From Arenicellales bacterium (GTDB lineage Bacteria > Pseudomonadota > Gammaproteobacteria > Arenicellales > JAJDZL01): a stretch of DNA of 64,000 nucleotides. Under the pieces are notes generated by a model. That model was given only the letters and a program-made list of their open reading frames with translations. It was not told where the DNA came from and made no database searches. This document shows positions 9,839 through 20,331 of this stretch, one piece after another (the first letter of the stretch is position 1; every line of letters begins with the position of its first letter). Made by a program: the position numbers and the translations under genes. The stretch is from NCBI GenBank assembly GCA_965202855.1, contig CBDBBP010000004.1:1107213-1171212 (forward strand). Direction: 5' to 3'.

Positions 9839-10957
9839 GTGTCACTGTACCGATTGATCCGCCCCTTATTGATGCAACTTGATGAAGAAGATGCCAGCAA
9901 GTTGGTTTTAAAAGTCTCCGGGAACAAGATCGCAAAACGAACTAGCAAAATTTATAGAAAGCAGGTCCCCAAACTTCCTGTCAATATTTTCGGCAAGACA
10001 TTCGCCAATCCAGTAGGGCTGGCGCCAGGATTGGATAAGGATGGTCTTGCATTGACCACATTTTCAAATTTTGGCTTTGGTTTTATTGAAGTTGGGACAG
10101 TGACGCCTTTGCCACAGTCTGGAAATCCTCGTCCTCGCGTGTTTCGGATCGTTGAGGATGAGGCGATCGTCAATCGACTTGGCTTCAATAACAATGGACT
10201 ACGGAAGTTTGAAATCAATCTGCGTCACACGTTAAAGTCTCCGTTGCCTTCTTTGATTGGAATCAACATCGGTGCAAACCAATTCTCTGCCAAAGATGAC
10301 GCGATCAAAGATTATGTTCGAGGGCTGGAAGCCTTCTATTTACTGGCAGACTATATCGTGATCAACATTTCTTCGCCGAATACCAAGGGACTTAGAGATC
10401 TTCAATTGAAGGGAGAATTCGAAAAACTCTTGAGTGTTGTTATGGAAAAACGGCTGAAGCTGGCATCAAACCATGACGGCAGGAAAACTCCAATTTCAAT
10501 CAAGGTCGCGCCCGACCTGGAGCAGCGAGATCTTAGCGCACTTGTTGAAGTTGCAGTTCAATACAAAGTCGACGCGATTACCGCAACCAATTCAACCATC
10601 ATGAGACCGTCCAGCTTGACTCACAAAAATTATGACCAAAGCGGCGGCTTAAGTGGCAGACCATTAGCGCCAATCTCAAATCGAATCATTGAAATGATTT
10701 CAGAGATTACGCAGGGTTCCATTCCGATCATTGGAGTGGGCGGAGTCTCAAGCGCCGAAGATGCCTGGCAAAAATTTTTGTGCGGAGCGGATCTGGTTCA
10801 GCTTTGTTCAGCTTTGGTTTACACAGGGCCGACCATAGTAAAAAAAATTGTCGTCGGTCTCGCAGACCGAGCTAAAAAGTATGACGCGTTGAATTTCAGT
10901 TCCGCCGTTAAATTGGCGCGAGAACAGCAAAGTAGAGCCGGTCCATACTCGCCCTAA
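9839..10957 (+). CDS. pyrD: dihydroorotate dehydrogenase (quinone), class 2
   Basis: Motifs GFIEVGTVTPLPQSGNPRPRVFR and NRLGFNNNG. The ORF is open from 9767, but GTG at 9839 (just after the upstream stop) gives the canonical (M)SLYRLIRPLL start. Confidence 0.93.
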   Translation: MSLYRLIRPLLMQLDEEDASKLVLKVSGNKIAKRTSKIYRKQVPKLPVNIFGKTFANPVGLAPGLDKDGLALTTFSNFGFGFIEVGTVTPLPQSGNPRPRVFRIVEDEAIVNRLGFNNNGLRKFEINLRHTLKSPLPSLIGINIGANQFSAKDDAIKDYVRGLEAFYLLADYIVINISSPNTKGLRDLQLKGEFEKLLSVVMEKRLKLASNHDGRKTPISIKVAPDLEQRDLSALVEVAVQYKVDAITATNSTIMRPSSLTHKNYDQSGGLSGRPLAPISNRIIEMISEITQGSIPIIGVGGVSSAEDAWQKFLCGADLVQLCSALVYTGPTIVKKIVVGLADRAKKYDALNFSSAVKLAREQQSRAGPYSP

Positions 10958-11913
10958 AGACCGGAAGCCTCACTAAAACCAAGCATCAAATTCAGCGATT
11001 GAACCGCCGCGCCGCCTGCACCTTTGCCCAAGTTATCCAATATTCCAACCAGAACGACATGACCTGATGGATGCGGTATGACGTTCAGGTCAACTCGATT
11101 AGTACCATTGCAGGCTTGGGGGTCAAATCGAAATTCCGAAATACCGTTCCAATCTTCCGACACTACGTTGACAAATTGCTCATTCTGATATCGTTCATAA
11201 AGAACCGAATGAACATCACGGCTAGAAGCCCGACCTGCTTGATTCAACCACGAAGAATGCAGAGGAATTTCGACACGCATGCCTTGCGAAAAGGGGCCAA
11301 CCCGAGGCAAAAATTGAGGCTCACATCTCAATCCTGAGTACTTCATCATTTCTGAAATATGCTTGTGCTTTCGATCAAGCGCATAGGGTGCTGAATACGG
11401 CAGCGACTTTAAGTCAGCGACGTCGTGTTCCCAACGTTCGATCAGTACTCGACCACCACCCGAATATCCTGATAAAGCGTGAATTACAAGTGGACAGTTT
11501 GAGCTGAGAATATTTTGAGCGATGAGTGGTTGCAAAAGCAAAATTACGGATGTAGGATAACACCCGGGATTTGCGACGAATTTAGCATTTTTTATGGATT
11601 CTCGCGCTTGGGTTCCAATTTCTGGCAATCCATAAACCCACCCTTCCGAGACTCGATGCGCAGTACTTGCATCTATGATTCTTGTGGAGGATTCCAACGC
11701 CCAAGTGGCAGCTTGAACTGCCGCTTCATCTGGCAGACAAAGTATCGCTAGATTGGCTCCCTGAATCGCGTCCCGTCGTGCAGATTCGTCCTTTCGAAGA
11801 CTCTCAGGAAGTCGCAGAATTTCAAGATCTCTTCGCTTTGATAGATACTCGGAAATTCTTAATGCTGTGGTTCCTGCTTGTCCGTCTATATATATCTTGG
11901 GCAGAGCCATCAT
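10954..11913 (-). CDS. argC: N-acetyl-gamma-glutamyl-phosphate reductase (short type-2 form)
   Basis: Active-site segment VANPGCYPTS. The N-terminus MMALPKIYIDGQAGTTAL is typical of the short ArgC form. The start ATG overlaps the stop of the upstream ABC ATPase (ATGA). Confidence 0.9.
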   Translation of the reverse strand: MMALPKIYIDGQAGTTALRISEYLSKRRDLEILRLPESLRKDESARRDAIQGANLAILCLPDEAAVQAATWALESSTRIIDASTAHRVSEGWVYGLPEIGTQARESIKNAKFVANPGCYPTSVILLLQPLIAQNILSSNCPLVIHALSGYSGGGRVLIERWEHDVADLKSLPYSAPYALDRKHKHISEMMKYSGLRCEPQFLPRVGPFSQGMRVEIPLHSSWLNQAGRASSRDVHSVLYERYQNEQFVNVVSEDWNGISEFRFDPQACNGTNRVDLNVIPHPSGHVVLVGILDNLGKGAGGAAVQSLNLMLGFSEASGL

Positions 11914-13007
11914 TCCATGGGCAGCATCACAGCCGCATCTTCGGCCCATGTCAGCCAAACTCTTCGGTCTACATTTCGAACCAAGTCCAATGATGCAGTT
12001 AAATTCTGTAAGGCAACGGATATCGGCTCGTCACGATTTGGGACAAAAATATAAAAATGACTTCGATCACCCAGATAAGCAGAAGGCCCCATGCGACCGA
12101 GCATGACATTGGGAGAATCTTCTATTTCATCGAAAGAAAGCGTAATTTTCTCGGGACGAACAGCCAAAGTGAATTCATTTCCGACGGCAACTGCAGGGCG
12201 ATCACATTTCAGCCGAATCTGTCCACACTCTTTCGATTGTCCGGTCGCAACACCGTTGGAAAATCCAGTCAATCTGCACTGAAAAAAGTTCATTGTTCCG
12301 ATGAAGTCAGCCACAAACTTAGAACGTGGAGATTCATAGAGCTGCCCCGGATTTGAAATTTCGATTACATCGCCTTGATTCATTACCGCTATTCGATCTG
12401 AAAGAGTAAGTGCTTCTTCTTGGTCATGGGTAACAAATACAAACGTGATTCCGAGATGCTGCTGCAACATTCTCAGTTCGATCTGCATTTGTTCTCGCAG
12501 CTTCTTGTCCAGTGCGCCAAGAGGCTCATCCAATAGCAGCACTTTTGGCTGTTTGATCAGAGCTCGAGCCAAAGCAACGCGCTGTCGTTGTCCACCTGAC
12601 AGCTCGTCCGCGCGCCGATTGCCGTATCCCGGAAGTTTGATCAGTTCCAGCATCTCTTCCGTCTTTGCCGCTAATTCTTGTTTCGAGAGCCCGGATTTTC
12701 GCATCCCAAATGCTATGTTTGAAGCCACATCAAGATGCGGGAAAATTGCATAGTTCTGAAAGACCATGTTGACCGGTCGAATGTTGGGTGGGGTAAGCGT
12801 CACATCTTTACCATCAATTTCGATGGTTCCCTGTGTCGGCAACTCAAAACCAGCCATGATGCGCAATAACGTAGTTTTCCCACATCCGGATGGACCTAGC
12901 AGCGAAAAAAACTCCCCTTGCAATACATCAAAATTGGCATTGTTCACAGCGCGAACTTCGCCAAAATCTTTGGTTACATATTTGATCGATATTATTGAGC
13001 TATTCAT
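11910..13007 (-). CDS. ABC transporter ATP-binding protein, spermidine/putrescine (PotA) type
   Basis: Walker A GPSGCGKTT, signature LSGGQRQRVALARAL and Walker B LLLDEPL, plus a C-terminal TOBE-like regulatory domain. Confidence 0.9.
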   Translation of the reverse strand: MNSSIISIKYVTKDFGEVRAVNNANFDVLQGEFFSLLGPSGCGKTTLLRIMAGFELPTQGTIEIDGKDVTLTPPNIRPVNMVFQNYAIFPHLDVASNIAFGMRKSGLSKQELAAKTEEMLELIKLPGYGNRRADELSGGQRQRVALARALIKQPKVLLLDEPLGALDKKLREQMQIELRMLQQHLGITFVFVTHDQEEALTLSDRIAVMNQGDVIEISNPGQLYESPRSKFVADFIGTMNFFQCRLTGFSNGVATGQSKECGQIRLKCDRPAVAVGNEFTLAVRPEKITLSFDEIEDSPNVMLGRMGPSAYLGDRSHFYIFVPNRDEPISVALQNLTASLDLVRNVDRRVWLTWAEDAAVMLPME

Positions 13008-13010
13008 AAA

Positions 13011-13820
13011 CTATACGTTTGAACGTTTTGTCAGCTGAACACCACCTCGACGAACAAATTCTGCGGAAAAAATTACGATTGTAGACACAACGACGATGAT
13101 TGCGCCTAATGCCAAAACAGACGGCAGTTTATCCGGGAATCGGAGCTGGCTCCAGATATGAATAGGCAATGTCGCATCAGTTCCGGCTAAGAAAAAAGCA
13201 AGCACAAATTCATCGAACGAAATGGTAAATGTGAGCAGCACGCTGGCAATTACACCGGGCTTGATAATTGGAAAAGTGACTCGCCAGAAAGTAAACCACG
13301 CATTTTCACCAAGATCTTGAGCAGCTTCCTCCAGGCTCTTGTCAAACCCTTCCATTCTGGAAATTAGCACCAACATTGAAAACGGTGTACACAACATTAA
13401 ATGCCCAATCCCTACAGTGACAAGCGACAACTTAATTTCACTGAGACTGAAAGTCATCAGCAGTGAAATGCCTAGAATGATTTCTGGAATAACAAGCGGC
13501 ACCATAATGACGCCGACAATAAAGCCACTTCTTTTGATTCGATATCGAGTTACTGCTTTCGCTGCAAATATTCCCAAAATCGTACTGATCACAGCAACTG
13601 ACAGCCCTACTTTGACACTATTCCATAGTGCATTTTGCAATCCATGGCTACCGGCTAGTTGCTCATACCATTTAAGTGTAAAACCTTCGAGAGGAAATTT
13701 AATGTATTGGGAATCATTGAATGAAAACAATGGCAACACTGCAACTGGCAAATACAAAAATATGAGGTACAGCACGGCATACACACCGAGACTATTGAAC
13801 TTTTTAGTACCTGCGGTCAT
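13011..13820 (-). CDS. ABC transporter permease (PotC-like)
   Basis: 269 aa, 6 TM, with EAA loop LEEAAQDLGENAWFTFWRVTFP. Confidence 0.88.
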   Translation of the reverse strand: MTAGTKKFNSLGVYAVLYLIFLYLPVAVLPLFSFNDSQYIKFPLEGFTLKWYEQLAGSHGLQNALWNSVKVGLSVAVISTILGIFAAKAVTRYRIKRSGFIVGVIMVPLVIPEIILGISLLMTFSLSEIKLSLVTVGIGHLMLCTPFSMLVLISRMEGFDKSLEEAAQDLGENAWFTFWRVTFPIIKPGVIASVLLTFTISFDEFVLAFFLAGTDATLPIHIWSQLRFPDKLPSVLALGAIIVVVSTIVIFSAEFVRRGGVQLTKRSNV

Positions 13821-13826
13821 GAGCGA

Positions 13827-14741
13827 TTAACTGACTTTCTTCCGAAAGAATTTAAATCCGCCTAGCAAAATACACACCGCCAGAGTAACTGTCACCATAG
13901 AAATGATCGAAAGTGCTGCTCCGAGAGGCCAATTTAAAGCTTTGCCAAACATGGATTGAATGATGTTTCCGATCATGAGCCCGCGTGGGCCTCCTACCAG
14001 TGCAGGTGTAACGTAATCTCCTACAGTCGGTATAAATACAAGCAAACAAGCAGCGATTACACCGGGCAAGGAAAGCGGCAGCGTGACTCGAACAAATGTC
14101 ATAATTGCGGTTTCACCAAGATCCCGTGAAGCTTCAATCAATGATCGATCAATCTTTTCCAATGAAACGTAAATCGGCAAGATTGCAACAGCTGCCCACG
14201 CATGAGCCAAGGTGATCACAACCGCAATTGGGTTGTATAAAAGAAACTCAAGTGGAGCGGAAATGAAACCGACTGCCTCCAATCCAGAATTAATAAGTCC
14301 GTTATACCCAAGAATCACTTTCCAAGAAAACACTCTCAACAAATAGCTGGTCCAAAACGGCACAGTTACCAGGATGATCCACATGATTTTGTTTTTCTTT
14401 ACATGAAATGCAATGAAATATGCAAGTGGATATGCAAGAACCACGGTAGCCAACATTACGAACGCAGAAATTTTTATAGATCGATACAAGATCAAGTAAT
14501 AAATTTTCTTTTCAAAAAACGCAGCGTAATTGGTCAGAGTGAAGGTTTGAATCACATTGACATAGTCTTGTTTCCAGAAGCTGAGTGTGAACAGAATGAG
14601 AAGGGGAAATAACAACCCAAGCAAAATAATCACTAATGTGGGCGAAAGTAGAGACAATCCGCGAGCGGATTCACTCTTTCTATACTTAATTCGAGTTTTG
14701 TCGATGAAAGAGGTTTTGCTGGTTGTTGACAGACTGTCCAT
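13827..14741 (-). CDS. ABC transporter permease (PotB-like)
   Basis: 304 aa, polytopic, with EAA loop LIEASRDLGETAIMTFVRVTLP. Confidence 0.88.
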   Translation of the reverse strand: MDSLSTTSKTSFIDKTRIKYRKSESARGLSLLSPTLVIILLGLLFPLLILFTLSFWKQDYVNVIQTFTLTNYAAFFEKKIYYLILYRSIKISAFVMLATVVLAYPLAYFIAFHVKKNKIMWIILVTVPFWTSYLLRVFSWKVILGYNGLINSGLEAVGFISAPLEFLLYNPIAVVITLAHAWAAVAILPIYVSLEKIDRSLIEASRDLGETAIMTFVRVTLPLSLPGVIAACLLVFIPTVGDYVTPALVGGPRGLMIGNIIQSMFGKALNWPLGAALSIISMVTVTLAVCILLGGFKFFRKKVS

Positions 14742-14830
14742 GAGCGACGATAAACGACTACACTAACAAATTAAATTGGTTCTTTTGCAGGGTACACAAA
14801 AAAGCAAGGGTATTTCTTGAGTTAGAATGC

Positions 14831-14870
14831 AAAAATGGGGATGCTCAGTTTCCGAGCTTCCCCACTTTTT
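14831..14870 (-). terminator. intrinsic terminator/attenuator between the binding-protein gene and the permease genes
   Basis: GGGGATGCTC (14837-14846) pairs with GAGCTTCCCC (14854-14863) at 9 of 10 positions with a 7-nt loop. It is flanked by an A-run and a T-run, so a U-tract follows on either strand. Confidence 0.55.
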
Positions 14871-14919
14871 CTTGTTTCAAAACGGTTGAAATCAGTGTTT
14901 TAAGAAATGGACGAGAAAC

Positions 14920-16071
14920 TTACAGTCCTGCTTTTACTTCTTCAAACATGGATTGAAGGACTGGTTCGTTCTTGATCGCAACTTGGAAGATTCCGGCATT
15001 TAACAATGCATCCGGATCTCTCGATAAGCCGCGCTCAGCAAGAACTGCTTCATCAACAAGTTCATATGCTTTAAGATTGGCACATCCATAACCTTCTTCA
15101 ATAATTGAGAATGCTCCGGATTCAGGACTCAAAAACGCGTCAATCACGTCATAGCTCTTATCAATTTTCGCGGGATCAGCATCAGCTAGCAAGCAAAAAC
15201 CGCACACCCAAGTCATTGCCCCTTCCTTCGGATTCATGTACTTGACATTGTGGCCAGCATTCTTCAATTCGGTATAGGCGTCGTTCCAAGCACTGGTTGC
15301 TACAAGCTCTCCGGCCGCCATTGCGTTTTCGATATCCGTAGGGCTGGTCCAATAGTAGCGCAAAAGCGGGAGTTGCTTACGCATTAATTCTTTTGTAACT
15401 TCGACTTCAGCGTCCGTCATATTGAAAGGATCTTTTGCGCCACCGTAGATTGCTGCGACCATGACACCATCAATCAAGCTGTCGGCCATTGACAATCTTC
15501 CTTTATATCTTTCATCCCACAAAATTCCCCAAGTCTCTTCTTCTTGGTATTTTTCATCAACCAAGTCGGGGCGATAGAGGACTGATGTGTTGCCCCAGTC
15601 GGCAGAAACAAACCAAACTTCATCACCTACGTTCATGCCGGGTATATTCTTTAGGCTAGGGATGATGTCAGGATAATGACTTAGACGACTAACGTCGATG
15701 GGCTGAAGAATTCCGGCGTCACGCCACAGTTCAACTTTGTAAGTGCAAGGATGAATGACATCATATTTTGCGCCTGCCATGATCTTTGCAAACGCTTCTT
15801 CCTCGTCTCCAAAAATTGCAAAATTTGGATACTCACCGTATTTCGCAAAATATTCTTCATGGTGTTCATTGGCATCCCAACCTTCCCAAGTAAAAACATT
15901 GGGGTGATCATCGGCAGCTGCATGTGCCCCACTTGGCATCAGCGGGAACGTAACGGTCGCTACTCCCAAAGAAGCAAGAAGCCCGTTGAATCTGCGTCGC
16001 GACATCTTCCCGGTGGCAAGTAATTCGACATAATTGTCTTTGTTGTATTTTTTCATGCTTTTTGTCTCCAT
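14920..16071 (-). CDS. periplasmic substrate-binding protein, polyamine (PotD/PotF) family, with Tat-type signal
   Basis: 383 aa. Twin-arginine motif SRRRFNGLL is followed by a hydrophobic region and AHA. First gene of the ABC operon. Confidence 0.8.
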   Translation of the reverse strand: METKSMKKYNKDNYVELLATGKMSRRRFNGLLASLGVATVTFPLMPSGAHAAADDHPNVFTWEGWDANEHHEEYFAKYGEYPNFAIFGDEEEAFAKIMAGAKYDVIHPCTYKVELWRDAGILQPIDVSRLSHYPDIIPSLKNIPGMNVGDEVWFVSADWGNTSVLYRPDLVDEKYQEEETWGILWDERYKGRLSMADSLIDGVMVAAIYGGAKDPFNMTDAEVEVTKELMRKQLPLLRYYWTSPTDIENAMAAGELVATSAWNDAYTELKNAGHNVKYMNPKEGAMTWVCGFCLLADADPAKIDKSYDVIDAFLSPESGAFSIIEEGYGCANLKAYELVDEAVLAERGLSRDPDALLNAGIFQVAIKNEPVLQSMFEEVKAGL

Positions 16072-16136
16072 ATCAACTTAAAACTTTCAATTTGATTTTA
16101 TCAAAATAAATAAAAAGCGATACTTATAATTCCTCT

Positions 16137-16440
16137 TTGGAGCTGGGACTGCGTCCGGTGTGGCATCGTCTGAACCAGCGAATCCAGGTGCACTTGTTCA
16201 TCACAGTGTTGGCTTATCACGTCGTTCAGACCTTGCGCTTTCAGTTCAAGCAGCAAGGCATTCACTGGAGCTGGCAGAGCATTCGCCGGCGTCTTCGAAA
16301 CTGGATGCGGGTGACGACCACGATGAAGACCCAGCAGCATCGCACCTGTACCAATCGTCAGGATGTCCGTCCGCGGAACAGGCACAGCTGGCGCATGCGG
16401 TGAACCTGAAAGTCGGGCTGCATCGAAGACGCTGGTGAGC
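16137..16440 (+). pseudogene. C-terminal fragment of an IS4/IS1634-type DDE transposase
   Basis: LELGLRPVWHRLNQRIQVHLFITVLAYHVVQTL resembles the conserved tail after the catalytic E of IS4-superfamily transposases. No N-terminal part is present. It is locally GC-rich, and several overlapping ORFs are open, as in foreign GC-rich DNA. Confidence 0.6.
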
Positions 16441-16520
16441 CAACGAGAATAAGAAAAATGCGCGAAATGTTGTTACATGTACGAATTTGTGGTATTCGAA
16501 AAAATCATGAGATCAATGCT

Positions 16521-16916
16521 TTACGGGAATTGATTTTTGAATAGTGCGGAACTAGGGTTGAGAAACAATAGCAGAATGATCGCACTCGTGGGAACCCAAG
16601 TTAAACTCGTTTGTCGACTTTCTTCTGATAGGTCTGAAGATTTCAAAGAGCGGTATTCAAACGAACTAGTGATCGTTTTCATGAAACCCGGAATATGTAC
16701 TAAACCCGTTATCCATACCCACATTAGCAACACAACCGCGGCCACCATTGCTAAGTTGACAGCTAACAGAACGTACTGGACAAGAATCAACAGGAGTGCA
16801 ACGATCAATCCAGCAACAGGATGAAAGAGCAAAGACTTCCCGATTTGATTATCTCTGATGGTTCTTGCTGGTTGAATCGGCAGACGAGTCATATTTGCTA
16901 GTGCATATGCCGTCAA
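16521..16916 (-). pseudogene. truncated CobS-like (cobalamin-5'-phosphate synthase family) paralog
   Basis: About half the residues are identical to residues ~45-165 of the 26283-27044 product (e.g. YALANMTRLPIQ / YALAHMTCLIRN and AAVVLLMWVWITGLVHIPGF / AAVLLLVWVWLTRLAHISGF). Similarity continues upstream across an in-frame stop. The C-terminal half is missing. Confidence 0.55.
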
Positions 16917-17039
16917 CCCTAAAATTGACTTCCAAAATACTACTTTGGATACGATGAAACAGTTTGAACAAGATTCTAGAAAGTATAGATGATTGTTTCG
17001 TTTGAAAAATGAACTGCAAGTTCAAATTTCAGTCAGACT

Positions 17040-18182
17040 TCACTCGAAACAAACTGAAGCAGTATCATCAGTCAGACGGTAGCTCGTGCTACGACCACCA
17101 CCGGAATTCTGTATGAAGATTCCTTGTGCCTTCAATCCTTGAATATCTCTCAATGCTGTATCCTTTGAGCATTTCGCCAGTTTTGCATATTTTGATGTAT
17201 TCATGTGGCCTTTGAAATGGTCCTCAAGCATGCGGTTAATAATCAACCGCTGTCTCGCATTGATCGAATGCTGATCGATTCTTTTCCATAGTTGCGCTTT
17301 AAACAGCACATTAGCAAATGAATCTTCAGCAAAAGTAATCGCACGTCCGAGACAGTCTAAAAACCACTCCAGCCAACCAGTGATGTCCAGTGTGCTACGA
17401 CTTTGTCGTTCCAGCTGGCGGTAGTAGTACTTTTGCTCGGACTGAATTTGCGATGACAGGCTGTAGAAGCGTTCTGGAGTGCCATCGGCACGCGCTAACG
17501 CCATGTCCGAAATTGCTCTACCGATTCGACCATTACCATCTTCGAACGGATGGATGGTAACAAACCAAAAATGTGCGACCGCTGCCCGGAAAACTGGATC
17601 AACATCATCTTTTCGCTCAAACCAGTAAAGAAAATCTGCCATTTCTTGTTCAAGTCGATCTGCATTCGGGGCTTCAAAATGAATTTTTTCGCGTCCAACA
17701 GGACCCGAAGCGATTCGCATGGGGCCGGCAGAATCATCGCGCCATTCCCCAATTCGAAGACGAAACCATCCAGTGTGCGCATCGGGAAAGAGTGACGCAT
17801 GCCAATCAAAAAGACGTTCTCTCGTTAGTGGTTTGGCAAATTGCCGAGTTGCGTCAAGCATCATTTCAACAATGCCTTCTACATCACGGCTTGCTCGTAC
17901 GAAGCCAGCAACATTAATCCCCAAACGACGAGCAATGGACGAACGTACTTCTTTCGTATCAAGGTATTCTCCCTCGATGGCTGATGTTTTAATTACGTCA
18001 TTTGTAAGTATGTTAAGACTGGCTTCACGCTTAAGTTCAAAGCCTAGACTTTCCATTCTACCGAGTAGACGCCCTTGCCTATAGCGAATGTCGGCGAGTT
18101 TAAATGCCAGCTTGCTATCATCCCAAGTAAATTCCGGCCAGTCTTGGTGTTCGTAGATCCACATATTGTTCACCCCATTCAT
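17040..18182 (-). CDS. Fic family protein (class II, N-terminal inhibitory helix, C-terminal winged-helix)
   Basis: Canonical Fic motif HPFEDGNGRIGR and inhibitory motif TSAIEG ([S/T]xxxE[G/N]) upstream of the core. The C-terminus KYAKLAKCSKDTALRDIQGL is HTH-like. Confidence 0.92.
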   Translation of the reverse strand: MNGVNNMWIYEHQDWPEFTWDDSKLAFKLADIRYRQGRLLGRMESLGFELKREASLNILTNDVIKTSAIEGEYLDTKEVRSSIARRLGINVAGFVRASRDVEGIVEMMLDATRQFAKPLTRERLFDWHASLFPDAHTGWFRLRIGEWRDDSAGPMRIASGPVGREKIHFEAPNADRLEQEMADFLYWFERKDDVDPVFRAAVAHFWFVTIHPFEDGNGRIGRAISDMALARADGTPERFYSLSSQIQSEQKYYYRQLERQSRSTLDITGWLEWFLDCLGRAITFAEDSFANVLFKAQLWKRIDQHSINARQRLIINRMLEDHFKGHMNTSKYAKLAKCSKDTALRDIQGLKAQGIFIQNSGGGRSTSYRLTDDTASVCFE

Positions 18183-18199
18183 TGCATTGACTAAGGGGC

Positions 18200-18228
18200 A
18201 TAATCAACGCAAAATATGCGTTGATTAT
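18200..18228. promoter_or_regulatory. perfect 11-bp inverted repeat (candidate operator) just upstream of the Fic gene
   Basis: ATAATCAACGC-AAAATAT-GCGTTGATTAT, located 18-46 nt upstream of the Fic start codon (18182, minus strand). Confidence 0.5.
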
Positions 18229-18650
18229 AGTTTTTATTCACCGCATTGAAAGAATATTCGCCGCATAAAGTGCGGTGCTTAAGTCGACTAATCACCGCAA
18301 ATTGGAATGCTATTAGCCTGAAGCAACCTACAGTTCAGTTCTTTCAGTCGACTTAATCTCTAGCAGTACAGATTCCTTTCGGCTAACTTATGTGCACTTT
18401 GCTATTTGGGTAGGTGTGCGTTTTATGTCGGTTATCAATGTTTCAGCGACACAAATGTCGTCGCCTATTCTGCCATTCTCTGGGTGCGCCAGTGACAAAA
18501 ACCATATGAAATCACTGAGTTGCTACACCCGAAATAGGGAGTTTGAGCTTCAAATGTTCAAAATCAATTGTTTCGATGCGCAATTGCCTCATCCGGTATC
18601 GGAAAGGGGAGGGAAGGTTTTAGATATAAAGGATCAACTAGGTCCATTCG

Positions 18651-18727
18651 ATGGGTGAGAGAAACGGATTCGAACCGTCGGTGCGCTATTCACGCACATA
18701 CGCTTTCTAAGCGTGGACCTTCAGCCG
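18651..18727 (-). pseudogene. 5'-truncated tRNA-Ser-like fragment
   Basis: The reverse complement reads GGCTGAAGGTCCACGCTTAGAAAGCGTATGTGCGTGAATAGCGCACCGACGGTTCGAATCCGTTTCTCTCACCCA. It has a D-loop remnant, anticodon arm, long variable arm, T-arm and CCA. The 5' acceptor strand (TGAGAGA) is absent. Confidence 0.65.
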
Positions 18728-19089
18728 AGAGTGTGAAAGTATTCTTATTTTCGTAGAAATATCAATCAGAAGAAACAATATTTATAAATTCAATCAATAA
18801 GATACAAATTCAATAATCCTCTTTGTTCTTAGGAGAGCAATTCTGGATTCAATCGCAACAAGTTTTGTCGACTTGCCATCACTGAACTATACTTATTTTT
18901 TTGCTCTCTGCAACCAAAGGAAAATCAAGGATTACTTGTGTTGATCACAAATATAGATGGCGCAATCCGTTTGTCGAATTGAATTTTCTTGATCGCCGAT
19001 GGCAATCAATTATCGCAATACAAAATTTTTTAAATTTCGATATCCCATATTCACACATCAAAAAATAGATATAAACTGGAGAGTGACTT

Positions 19090-20331
19090 ATGAGTAAAGC
19101 ACTTGAAGGAGTCCGAATTTTGGACATGACCCATGTACAGTCGGGTCCAACTTGCACACAACTTCTCGCGTGGTTTGGAGCGGACGTCATAAAAGTTGAA
19201 CGAGCTGGAGTAGGAGATGCAACGAGAGGACAGCTCAGAGATGTTCCAGATGCAGATAGTTTGTACTTCACGATGCTCAACCACAACAAACGCTCTATGA
19301 CTCTAGACACAAAAAATCTCGAAGGCAAGAAAATTTTCGAACGATTAATTCGTACGTGCGATGTACTGGTTGAAAATTTTGCACCTGGTGCGATCGACCG
19401 CATGGGATTTCCCTGGGAAAAAATCCAGAAGCTCAATCCAGGATTGATTTACGCATCGATTAAAGGTTTTGGCAAAGGACCTTACCAAGATTGCAAGGTG
19501 TATGAAAATGTAGCCCAGTGTACTGGAGGTTCGGCGAGTACAACCGGATTTGACGATGGACCGCCTACGGTCACCGGCGCTCAAATCGGCGACAGCGGAA
19601 CTGGCCTTCACCTCGCTATTGGAATCCTTGCGGCATTATTCCATCGTGAACAAACTGGGCTTGGACAACGTGTTGAATGTGCAATGCAAGATGCGGTAAT
19701 GAATCTGTGTCGAGTCAAATTCAGAGATCAACAGCGGCTTGCGCATGGCCCATTGACGGAATATCCACAATATCCCAATCAAACTTTCAGCAGTTCAGTT
19801 CCAAGAAGTGGAAATGCTTCTGGTGGCGGACAGCCCGGCTGGGCTGTTCGGACTTCTCCTGGAGGTCCAGATGATTACGTTTATGTCATTATTCAACCTC
19901 CAAGCTGGGCTCATCTAATGCGAGTCATAGGCCGTGAAGAACTCATTGATGACCCAGAGTGGGCCACTCCACAAGCGCGTTTGCCCAAACTCGACAAATG
20001 CTTTGAGATGATCGAAGAATGGACTATGACCAAGACTAAGTTCGAAGTCATGGCAACGCTGAATCCTCTCAACGTACCGTGTGGACCGATTCTTTCAATT
20101 GAGGAACTGATCAGCGAACAATCCTTAATGGATACGAACACAGTTGTTGAAGTGGACCATCCTGAGCGAGGCCCCTACAAATCAATCGGAAATCCGATAA
20201 AGCTGTCTGCCTCACCTGCGATCGTTGAAAGATCACCACTGCTAGGAGAGCACACCGATGAGATTCTTTCATCAGTTCTTGGTTACGATGCACAGGAGAT
20301 TGAAGAGTTTCGAAAAGCAGGGGCAATCTAA
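19090..20331 (+). CDS. frc: formyl-CoA:oxalate CoA-transferase (class III CoA-transferase)
   Basis: 413 aa, colinear from start to stop with Frc/YfdW as I recall them ([70 protein letters not shown]). Confidence 0.9.
   Translation: MSKALEGVRILDMTHVQSGPTCTQLLAWFGADVIKVERAGVGDATRGQLRDVPDADSLYFTMLNHNKRSMTLDTKNLEGKKIFERLIRTCDVLVENFAPGAIDRMGFPWEKIQKLNPGLIYASIKGFGKGPYQDCKVYENVAQCTGGSASTTGFDDGPPTVTGAQIGDSGTGLHLAIGILAALFHREQTGLGQRVECAMQDAVMNLCRVKFRDQQRLAHGPLTEYPQYPNQTFSSSVPRSGNASGGGQPGWAVRTSPGGPDDYVYVIIQPPSWAHLMRVIGREELIDDPEWATPQARLPKLDKCFEMIEEWTMTKTKFEVMATLNPLNVPCGPILSIEELISEQSLMDTNTVVEVDHPERGPYKSIGNPIKLSASPAIVERSPLLGEHTDEILSSVLGYDAQEIEEFRKAGAI

Noticed and set aside
16101-16443. Four overlapping ORFs (both strands) at 16.1-16.44 kb as separate genes
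   Set aside because: Only the plus-strand frame beginning at 16137 shows transposase-like sequence. The rest are by-products of the GC-rich fragment.
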